64,000 nucleotides of DNA, taken from Catajapyx aquilonaris (lineage: Eukaryota). The translations under genes were made by a program, and so were the position numbers. The first letter of the stretch is position 1; every line of letters starts with the position of its first letter. Shown piece after piece: positions 11,076 through 21,300 of this stretch. The stretch spans positions 1-64,000 of the forward strand of contig KZ538038.1 of NCBI GenBank assembly GCA_000934665.2. The letters are read 5' to 3'. A model generated the notes under the pieces. The model saw nothing but the letters and a program-made list of their open reading frames with translations, was not told the origin of the DNA and did not search any database.

Positions 11076-14000
11076 TCAGCGACGCATGGTGAACATCACT
11101 GGAGGAGTAGGTGGGTCATCTTCAGAATCACTGCCACCGTCCATCTCGTTCGAATGGATGGATTCTACCTCCTCCTTAATCACAGTCCTATCCAAACTAC
11201 CATCACCCTCGCACTCCGATTCGCGCCCCCTCGCTGAACATTCGCTGTCTGAAGCCATTTCCACTGCCCTAGACTCTTCATTGTCCGACACCATCTCAAC
11301 TCCCCTGGAATCTTCATTGTCGACCGCCATTTCTACCAAAGTCTTGTCATGATCTGATAATCCAGTCCTGAAAAAATGGTAAATGGTGACATTCTGCCCC
11401 AGGAAGTGTCCAACACTGCCGACAAATCACTAATCGTCATTGAAAACTCTCGATTCAAAGGTTCGCCTTTTTAGAAATAGGAAAGAAGCAAAATCAAACG
11501 CACCCTGGTCTCTCCTCAGTACTGCAGCTTGATGGCCTCTCAGGAACGGAGTCCCTCGAACTCTCATCAACGTCAGGCACACTGCTGTTGTCTTCCTCTG
11601 AAGACTCCCTCATTGATAACTGTCGCCGTGTCCTTCTGGTAACGGTTGATGGAGTCTTGGCCTGCCTGCCAGCTGCAGGGGTCTTCCTTTTCCGCACAGT
11701 TCTCGTACCTGTCCTTCGTACGGCACTGGCAGGAGTTTTTCGAAGCTTACGAGCTGGACTAGCTACGGAGAGGTCAGTGAGACTCATCTCGTCATCAGCT
11801 CCTTCACCCTTCCCTTCTTTATCCATATCATCATCGAAATCAGGCAAGCGACCAATAAATACAGAAAGGGTTCTACACAAGCCTCTTTCAAGCACACTCT
11901 GAATGGACAAAAGAGAGGGATTAAAAATTAGTCACATGTGCATTGCAATAGCATTGACAATGTCATGACAAGGAAATAACGCCGTACCTTCAGGCAGACC
12001 TGTGCCATATCATAGATTTGCCGAGTAACTGCCTGGTCATCAGTGTCGATGTGCATGTTGCTGACCACCTTAACCCACATCGAACAATCTCTTGGCCTGT
12101 TCCGCACCTTTTCCAAAGCAGCTAAGGTCAGTTTGGCATGAAGGCAGGGTTTAGAACCACTGTCATCATTTTCCCTGCAGTTGCCACGGTAGGTCAAGCC
12201 AGCCAAGGTCTTGATCATAGCGGGCACATCCACAGAGCAGAGTGTCGAGTCGCCTGGGGCAGACTGCACCTCTTCCAGAACGGGAAAGAAAATATCCGCC
12301 ACAGCACACTGATTGCCATACTTCTGTCCATACATGCGGAAAAATGTGCCCAATGTGTAGATCAGCTCCTTGTCGTCTTCTAAGGGATGTGAAAACATGG
12401 TGTTAACTATGTATTTCTGGCCAGTTAACAGCGACTTCACACTACCTAAAATGTGCATTAAATTGCGTTCATGCTGCACACACTTTCATGACTACTGTTA
12501 AACACCTACTATATTGAGGGTCGTGCCACATGAGCAGCAGCTTCTTGAGCAAGGCCAAGGAATGGAGGCGCTTAAACAAAAGCATCTTGCACAGGCTCCT
12601 AGCAGCGTACTGCTGAATGTCGACATCCTAGAAGGGAAGCACTGGTTTATACCAAGTGCAAGTTGATGCGCATACCACTTGCTTACCTCTGTCTTACAGG
12701 TGAGCATCAGCTGATAAATGAACACAACGCAATTGGCCTCCGGATTGGCTTCCGCCACCTCCTCTTCAAACATATCTTCAGTGCACTTGATATCAAAGGC
12801 ATCCAAACCAAACACAATAATCAAGTCGCAGACGATTTTGACGCACATGAGTATGAGATCATTCCCCTCAATGTACATGGCCTGCGGGAAATGAAAAACA
12901 TCAGGCATTATTCGGTTCAGTTCTGGTCCGGCCATGCAACTTATAAATGCAAGGGCAACTCATGACCTGTTTAAAAAGTGGGAAATGCTCCTTGGCAACA
13001 TCTCTCTTAAGGAGGCAGCAGAGACCCAGGGCCTTAAAACACCAGTAGCGAATATCTTCATTGTCACTCTGGAAGGTAATTAAAGACGTACAAACTATCC
13101 TGCAAGTTTAGAAGAAACCGCATCATGCTCACCTGCAAGCATTCAATGATAAAGTGGTCCTTCAGGGAGCAGATGGTGGAGCTCAGAGAATTCACTCTAG
13201 AGCCTTCAAGCATGCAGCACACGATCTTCAGGCTCTTGATGGTTGTCTCGTCATCCTTGCGAAGTGTGCGCATCTAAAAGCAAAATATTTCAGATTGTCA
13301 TTTTTACCTAGGAGCACCCTCCCTGGGGAAATTCAAGCGGAAGATGCACCTCTGTGACCATTGGAGTACAGCTTTGCTCCATATCCTGCAACTCATTTTC
13401 AATTTCTTTGATCTTCTCCTTCAGCTCCTGGGCTTCCCCAAAATTTTGTTGCTCCACGGCCATCTCCAAATCATCTCTCAGCAGCTGATACTTCACGCGC
13501 AATTCTGCCTGCGCCATCTTCTTTTTTCTCACGTCCTCCTCGCTATCCACCTGTACCACCTGCGTCAGTGGCTCACGGATATCTGCCACTATTTCAGCCA
13601 GCTTGCACAGGCGCTGAGTAGGATTTGGGATCACACGGTCCATGCATGACACAAGGGAAGACACCAGTGATATTGGGAGGGTCACCGAGGCCAGCAAAGT
13701 CCCGATCAACATCTCCAGATGATTTCTGAAGTGACACATACAACAAATTATAAAAAAACCATAAAACCTTCCCCCTTACGTGGACCAACTGGCTTTCCCT
13801 TGTGTGTCACTAAAATGGTCAGGCTGAGATATTAATGCCTTCCTATCCTTAAAAGAAAACAGGATTACCTTCCAACTTCATCCGACATGTCAAACATTTT
13901 GGCCATAATGAGAAGCTGCTCGGCAACAAATTCGGCCTTTTGCTGTTCTCTCTCACCTTCAATGGTTGGCAAGTCATGGAAAATGCTATGGGAAAAAAAT

Positions 14001-15972
14001 TTGTTAGATTGTCTCCATTGCCTAGTACAATCAGCTATCACTTACCTTTTCAGGTAATTGCAATACTTGGAAAGTTCTGGCATGACCTCTTCAATGGCTT
14101 GTTCTCCCTCCTTTTTGCACAGGCACTCGCACAGGACCCTCCAGTACAGTGCGTTTTCTGGGCATAGTTCTTCCTTGGGAATCAGCTTCGTTGCAGGATC
14201 CAACAAGTTAAATTTTTCCAGCAGCTCTTTCGTTGGCACACGCCTAAGCATATAATAATGGAAAACTACGATTACGTCTGCCACAACAGCAAGCAGTAAC
14301 AGAACAGGACGACATCAGACATAAACAATGCAATTTTAAAAATTCAAGCAGGACAAGTGCTGGAACATGCTTTTAATTTGTCAGTAACTACCACAAATCC
14401 AGCAACATTTGGTACGCAATAATAAAATCACAATTAATTCTGCCAAAATCACATTTACCTTGCAAGACAATAAGAGTGATTAGCAAGACTCACATCAAAA
14501 TGGCGTTGAGAACGAGGACCCCAACTTCAGTGTTGATGTCCACACGAAAGCCCTCCAAAAATTGCACAATGTTGTCATTAAAGATGCGAAGCCAAGCCGG
14601 AATCAGTTCCACCTCCACAGTCTTACGCACATTCTCAACTGGAAGGCAATAAAATATTAGTCAGTATCTCTCAAAGTCTAACAATCACTCACATTGCGCA
14701 CTACATGCACACAAACACACTCATCTACACACAAAAGCAATAAAAATATTACCAGGATCTTTAAGTCCTTCCTTGAGCAGCCTGTTTCTTGAAGAGATGG
14801 TGAGTGCCCTGAAGTGCACCTTTTTGGATATGAAGGTGAAGGCCTTGCACCTAATTGCGTCACTTGTGTCCCTAGTGCGATCTACAACATGCGGAAGGGC
14901 ACGGACAGTGGCCACCAAGCACGTCAAGATAGCCGTGCGAACTTCAACACTTGGATCATTGCTTAGGTGGAACAAGTACTGCGTGGTAACCGGGCAATCT
15001 CTGTCGCTCGGAATCTGCAGGCGTCTCAAGGCTAAGGCGGCCTTCGCACGGACAGAAGCCACCTATTGGTAAAGAATATACAATGAAGTAACTGCAGCAT
15101 AAAATGATACGTTACGTTCTCGAGTGTGGGTCATTAAGAGCTCATATTAAAATCAGGATAAAAGTGTCCCCGAAGGGAACGGAGCAAGATCAGTCTAGAA
15201 CACAAGTTACTAATCCTATGTGAATGACACGGATCGATCACTTGTCCTGAATTGACTGCTGATCAGCTCTAATGCCATAAGCTGCTAGTTACATTACAGA
15301 TAATGTTTGGCAGGAATCACAATATATTGCTAGTTGTGATGTCAGTACTATTGAAATACTGAATATTTAGACCATATTTGACCCATACTTGAACCCTACT
15401 TTCATACCTTGTCCTTTAATTTAGTCAGCATCATTTCCACCAGCTGATCGAACAGTTCCGTGTCAAACCCATCACTTTTCGACACATCCAGTAGGCAATT
15501 CGCAATCTCACATGCATGCAAACGCACATGGGTGAGCGTGGAGCGTGACATTTCGCTTAAAAACCAGACCAGTTCCTTCAGAAAAGGAGCCATCAAATCA
15601 TCCGATTCGTCATCCTCTGTGTCCGACTTCTCCTCCTCCTCTTCCTTCATATTCAGGGCAGCAACTTTGGCCACAAATTCCCACAAACACTCTAAACGAG
15701 GATGCTTTTCTTGCTTATTCATCCCGACAGCCAGGTAGAAGAAAACTGACTTTGCAAAGGTAGTCAAGCCAAGCTGAAAAATTTGGGATCTTATCGTAAA
15801 TGGTCGACGTAACACGAAACAAACCCGTTACCGTTGTATAAAGTTTTCTAAGCTTGACGACGAGCTTCGGATGTGTTGCCGCTCCGTCCTGGCATTTCTC
15901 CAGCGCTTCCATTATGCACTGTGAGCCATCTAAAGCCTTCACCACCTCCAGCTTCATCGGCACGTTAATCAT
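11076..15972 (-). CDS. NCAPG: Condensin I complex subunit G (CAP-G), multi-exon HEAT-repeat protein with an acidic/Ser-rich tail
   Basis: First exons are 15972-15832, 15773-15408, 15062-14753 and 14638-14494. Motifs IMEALEKCQ..HPKLVVKLRKLY, DKVASVRAKAALALRRLQ..DCPV..NDPSVEVR, RTRDTSDAIR, LCPENALYWR, SLCKMLL and LGTFF are typical of CAP-G/Cnd3. The stop is at 11076-11078. Confidence 0.93.
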
Positions 15973-16111
15973 GGCTCCTCCACCAGCATGGGCTCAATCG
16001 GGAACAGAATAGTCTTTGGATCCACAACCGGAAGCAGCTCTCTCCAGAACTGATACGAGTTAAAGTCGGCCAGAATTTCCTCGTTGGAACAATCTTCCAG
16101 CTCCTGACAAA

Positions 16112-16182
<71 letters not shown>

Positions 16183-16388
16183 TAAAAATTAATTAAAAAA
16201 GCAATGTATTGTTGTGTTCTTACAGAGTCAGGCTTCTGAGGCGTCTCAAGCTTAGGTATTTTCAATGGAGGCTCCAGATCCAGTTCCCCTGGATGCGTTC
16301 GAATGCAGTAGTTCCTCCAGTCGGGCTGCTTCCGCTTCATCCGCCCTGGCAGCTGGTGGTACCGATGCAGCGACGGCAACACGACCAT
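15969..16388 (-). CDS. Spliced upstream ORF (83-99 aa) with a WRNPLPNID/C9orf40-like motif; its stop overlaps the CAP-G start
   Basis: Exon 16388 (or 16340)-16224, phase-0 GT-AG intron 16223-16104, exon 16103-15969. Product: (MVVLPSLHRYHQLPGR)MKRKQPDWRNYCIRTHPGELDLEPPLKIPKLETPQKPDS|ELEDCSNEEILADFNSYQFWRELLPVVDPKTILFPIEPMLVEEP*. Confidence 0.7.
16114..16182. repeat. (ATT)n microsatellite, ~23 units, inside the uORF intron
   Basis: Directly visible run of att. Confidence 0.97.
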
Positions 16389-16389
16389 G

Positions 16390-16700
16390 CACTGATTCTT
16401 AAGAAAAAAACTGTTCGAAAATTTTGGAATAAGAACTTTTCCGGCTCCTCTTTACTCTTTTTGGCGGCTTCAGAACTACAATAGGCGATTCCAATATGGC
16501 CGACTTGGAAACTGGCCAATCACAGCACGCGTTACATTTCCAGGTTTCAGTTTACATGATCTAGATCCTGGAAGAAGCGCGTCTGTTATTGGCTACCAGG
16601 ACTTGGTGCTGAGATATGATTGGTCAACTTCCTGATAATGGAGTGTGTAAATGAAGGATGCGCAGAAAGGTTGCGCGTGGGTATTTTGCGCGGGAAAATA
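16390..16700 (-). promoter_or_regulatory. Cell-cycle-type promoter for the uORF/CAP-G transcript
   Basis: TCAGT on the - strand at 16395-16391; CCAAT/ATTGG boxes at ~16491, 16516, 16588 and 16619; E2F-like TTTTGGCGGC (~16459) and TTTGCGCGGGAAAA (16685-16698). Confidence 0.55.
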
Positions 16701-16701
16701 T

Positions 16702-16826
16702 GATTGGCACCCTTGGATGTCACGTGACGTTCGATTCGTACACGGATTGGCACCATTGCGTGTCACGTGACGTTCGATTCGAATACGGATTGGCACCCTT
16801 GGATGTCACGTGACGTTCGATTCGAA
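16702..16826. repeat. Minisatellite block A: 3 x 43 bp (GATTGGCACCCTTGGATGTCACGTGACGTTCGATTC..)
   Basis: Units start at 16702, 16745 and 16788. Confidence 0.95.
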
Positions 16827-16831
16827 CGGTC

Positions 16832-17494
16832 GGGACACTTAAACGCACCCAGCCCAAGTGCACCTGGGACGAAACTCCCCCAGCCCAAACGCACCCTGGA
16901 ATGAATGCACTCGGCCCCTACCGCATTCAGCCCAAGTGCACCTGTCCCAATGTCCCCAAGCCAAAAGTCTCCCAGCCTAGCCGCACTTCGGCCCGGCCGC
17001 ATAGGAGCTTTGCTTCACCCGGCAATCCCAGCGATTTCGTCGTCTTTTCTTACGTGAAGATAGGGCTGTATCTGCTGAGAGTGCTGACGATAGGCCTGTA
17101 TCCGCTGAAGATAGGGCTGTATCCGCAAAGAGTGAAGGTTAGGTTTGGTTAGGTTGGGTTAGTACATCGCACTAAGCATACTAAGCATACTAAGCAAAGC
17201 TTCGGTGCGGCTGGGCTGGGAAAATTTGGGCTGGGGGATCTTGGGGCAGGTGCGTTTGGGCTGGGTGCGGCAAAGTCCGGTCGCGTTTGTTGCCGAGTGA
17301 CGCTTAGCCTGGGTGAGTTTAGGCTGGGTGTACTTGGGCCGAGTGCGGCCAAGACCGGGTGTCTTTGTTCCCATATGCTCCTGGGCTGAGTGCGATTAGG
17401 GCTGGTGCGATCGTTACGGGGTGTGCTTGCGCTGGTGAGCTTGGGCCAGGTGTTTTATTTCTCAGATGCGCTTGGGCTGGGTGCGGTTAGGCCT
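16832..17494. mobile_element. Non-autonomous foldback-like insertion (possibly Helentron/HINE-type) interrupting the minisatellite
   Basis: Left arm of short CCCAGCCCAAG/GCACC repeats (16845-17000) is mirrored by inverted CTTGGGCTGGG/GGTGC repeats (17200-17490). The centre has GATAGGGCTGTATC x3, GGTTAGGTTTGGTTAGGTTGGGTTAG and ACTAAGCAT x3. Confidence 0.55.
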
Positions 17495-17512
17495 ACGGTC
17501 CATTCGAACACT

Positions 17513-17750
17513 GATTGGCGCCCTTGGATGCCACGTGACGTTCGATTCTGATTGGCACCCTTGGATGCCACGTGACGTTCGATTCTGATTGGCACCCTTG
17601 GATGCCACGTGACGTTCGATTCTGATTGGCACCCTTGGATGCCACGTGACGTTCGATTCTGATTGGCACCCTTGGATGTCACGTGACGTTCCATTCGAAC
17701 ACGGATTGGCACCCTTGGATGTCACGTGACGTTCGATTCGAACACGGATT
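17513..17750. repeat. Minisatellite block B: 4 x 37 bp + 2 x 43 bp, same unit and orientation as block A
   Basis: Units start at 17513, 17550, 17587, 17624, 17661 and 17704. Confidence 0.95.
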
Positions 17751-18322
17751 CGAAAGTTAAAAAAAAAATATTGCGAACACAAAAAAATGAACCATTAATT
17801 TCACTGTTGCCAGTGACTTTATTTTAAATCTGAATAAAAATAATGTGAAATTTCTCAAAATACTGTGGGTTTCCAGCATGTACGTTGGCAATAAACTTTC
17901 AATTTTCATCACATTTTCATGATTTTTCTTTATAACAAAAATTAACTCGTACGTAAACAAGGCTCTCTAAAAAGGTAATTGATCATGTCTACAAAAAAAC
18001 GTCATAACAACAACAGAAAAATTTGCTGAGCACGCTACATGACACCAAAAATAATAATAATAATAATAAATTTTGATGCACTGTGAGACATCCACTTCCT
18101 CCTGGTTGTGCACAGCTTTCCATTCCAGACAACGTGATCATTCAAAAACATTGCTAGGACACTATTTAAAAAATATGGTGCTGTCCTATACAAAGCTGTA
18201 CACAACACTAAACACTCAGTCCAACCATTCTTCAGACTGCTGAAGCAACAAACGAACCAAAAAAAAAATCACAGGTCACCAGTTGAAGTGTTTCGTTTCT
18301 TTTTTTTTTCCTACAGTGCATT

Positions 18323-21300
18323 TCATTTTCTAAAATGCTGCCATTTCTCTATCAATGGCTGTAAACCGTCTTCAACGTCATAAGATTCATTCAGGTAGAC
18401 AACTCGCATCCCTTCGTGGCAGTAGACGTCCACAATGTGCCACTGCTCCAGCAGCTTGAGGCAGTTGCGCACAGACTCCATGCTCAGGGTCTCGCCTGTT
18501 GGAAGGAAATGGTGCTTCAGTGACATGCTTCATCAACAAACTTATCGAAAGCAATACCGTATGGAGCAAGGCCCTTTTCCTGCACCCTCTTGATGTATGC
18601 GAGTATGTCGAGGTGGAGATCCCTCTCCTCACTTTCCCTTCCCACGAGTTCGTCCAGGCTGCAGAGACTCCAATAATACGTGTCCAGGACAGGGCAAAGC
18701 AACTGATGGAGGAAGAGGAGGCGGTCCACCGTATCCTCTTTTAATTCCACCTGCAAGGCAAATTGTCCGATATTATTCGAGGAAATTTTGGTTGGAAATG
18801 TCAAAAGTTGTCATTAGACAAAATGCATTGTACAAAACCTGCCGCACGCAATTTCTGTAATTTCGAGTGTGCACATCCAAGTGCATTTTTCAATTTGGTG
18901 GTTGACGTCAACATTGGTAAACTCATTCAACAGTTTACACAAAATGTACGACTAACTTTACTGGTGAGTACAACACTAATTATGCTACAATTTGTATTGC
19001 TCTTCCCCTAACGTACCTGTAATTGCGGGTCATGCCACTCCTCCTCTTCATCTGAGGAGTCCGAGTCCCACTCAAAACGACGACCTCGTACCACATGATT
19101 TGGCATTTTTAACTGGAAGATATCAAAGCTGCATGACATTGCATGAACATGATAGTGAGTGTAAAACCATCTCTTTACACTTTTGTGCTTCATAGCAGTA
19201 AAATTTTTAGTGTCATAGTTCAACATGGATTAAAAGTGTCGGGATGGTTTTACTGTTCGGCAATCGCTTATCACTGACCAATTTAAGCATGCCAGCTGTA
19301 ATGAACTTCTCCACGACCGCGTTGAAGAGGGAATCAAGCGGGACGCAGGGCTGCACCACCATAAACTCAAACTGCAGTATGGAGCACAGCTCCAGGCAGG
19401 TCCTGACCAGCTCCCCTCTCTTGACCTTTAGGCTGACCATGGCGTCCTTTGACCCGCTGTTCTCCATGTCCGGTGTTCCCCTGTAGCGAACCAGGTCGTC
19501 ACCCAGGTGGTAGTAGATGGCTGTGGCAACAATGGCATCCATGGTGAAGGGAAGGATGGCCGTGTTGGCGTAGTAGGCCAACTCGATAACGTTGGGGAGT
19601 AGCGTCACTGGAGTTATGAGATCATCTGTGCCCTCACGGTCCCTACGGACCAGGCCAGGTCCAAGTAAGGATACCTACAGATGGGGAGGTAAATATCACA
19701 ATGAGGATCGTAAATAATGTCCAAGAATAGTAAGTAGTCTACTCACAGCATAATTGACAACATCCACAGCGTGCCCAGAGAAGCCCACATCCACCTTCTT
19801 GTCAGCCAGCTCAGCCCTCAACTTATCCAGTTCCAGCGCCAGCTTAGGAAGTGACACACCAGAACGGAACTTGTTCAGAAGCAGAAAAGAAATGGCGCTT
19901 GTTGCCATTACGCTGATGCAACGACTGGCATCTGGAAGAAACACAAATGAGGAAAAACTGCCTAGAATTTCACTCTTCCTATGATATTGAAAACATATGG
20001 GACAATGCTCACCGCATATAATATGCCTTGCGAGATTCTCCACCAAGTGCCTCTGTTCCTCTTCGAGAAGCTCAGCCCCGTAAAGAGACGAGTTTGACAA
20101 CGCCAAGTGAAGTCCAATCCTGGGGTTTTGTTCCCCCACTTGAGGCTCAACTCTGCAGAATCCGTTGACTCCCGTTGATATTTCCATGCCTCCTCCTGAT
20201 GCCACTGTTCTTTGGTAAATGTCCACGTACTCCTTCAGGGAGAACGGCTGTCCAAAGTTGACTCGCACGCTGCCGTATCTGGAGCTCAGCACCCGCCATA
20301 TTGACCTCACCGCTCCGAGAAAGGTCTCGGCCCGCTTGGGCTCACCCAGCTGCTCTCCGATGAAGTTGCCTTCAAGTTGTCGGTCATACGTGATGGCCAC
20401 AGGTACCACATAGGCGTCATCTATTATTCCACTAGTGTACGCATCACAGATCACACTGAGAAGCCCACCCTTTGGACGGCATGGCTTTCCAGACCTGCGA
20501 AGGTACATTTTTTGTTAACTTTGACTTACCACTTCAACCGACTATTTTCATTACCTAGTTCGGCTTCCCTCAATAAATATCTCCAGATGGTGCCCTGCCT
20601 TAAGACACTCCTGGATGTAGGAATGCAGCACTGCCCTGTACACCAGATCCCTCTTTCCATCGTAATCCAGCTTCCTCTTGATGTAGAATGCACCCAAGCC
20701 CCTCAGCACAGGGCCGAAGAGAGGTATCTGCAGGTTGTTCCCCGCAGCCACCAGTGGCACACGCAGCTCCTCATTGTACAGGATGAGGGAGATGAGCAGG
20801 TAGTCGAGATGGCTCCGATGAAGAGGCATGTAAATGATGGGCTGCTCAGACGTGGAAGCCCTTCTCAGCATTTCCACCTGGCCCTTGCTGATGACTATGC
20901 TGTTGTGAAGTCGGCACAGCACAGTATGGAGAAGCCAAGAAGCGATGCGGAGCATGAAGGTGCTCGTGGCCGCCTTCATGTTGGAAAGTATCTTGGACGT
21001 ACGCTCTAGCTGCTTCTGGTACAACCGCTTGAAGGTATCCATCCCTTCGTCCAGCACTTGATCTTTCACTTCCTCCTCCACAGATTGGTTCATCGCATTG
21101 CTCACACGCTCATCTTCCAAAACCTTTCAAAAAATTAGTCATTACAGACAGAATTTATGTACGAGTTCATAATGATTGCAGTAATTAATAATAAATGACT
21201 GGTGCTGCTATCAACTTCTCAATCTATCACAAAAATTTTCATATCCTCTGCTTTAAAATTCCAGACCAGCTATTGTAAGCAACTCATCTGACGAGAATGT

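Noticed and set aside
17137..17163. Interstitial telomere (TTAGG)n
   Set aside because: Only a few degenerate units embedded in a transposon-like element.
16702..17750. CRISPR-like array suggested by the 37-43 bp repeats
   Set aside because: The units are head-to-tail with no unique spacers, the context is eukaryotic and there are no cas genes; it is a minisatellite.
17455..17782. Repetitive ORFs (RIERHVASKGANQNRTSRGIQGCQSESNVTWHP..)
   Set aside because: They are translation by-products of the tandem repeat.
1872..21009. Long antisense ORFs such as 1872-2300, 9164-9736 and 20377-21009
   Set aside because: They are shadows of real exons on the opposite strand and show no independent domain signal.
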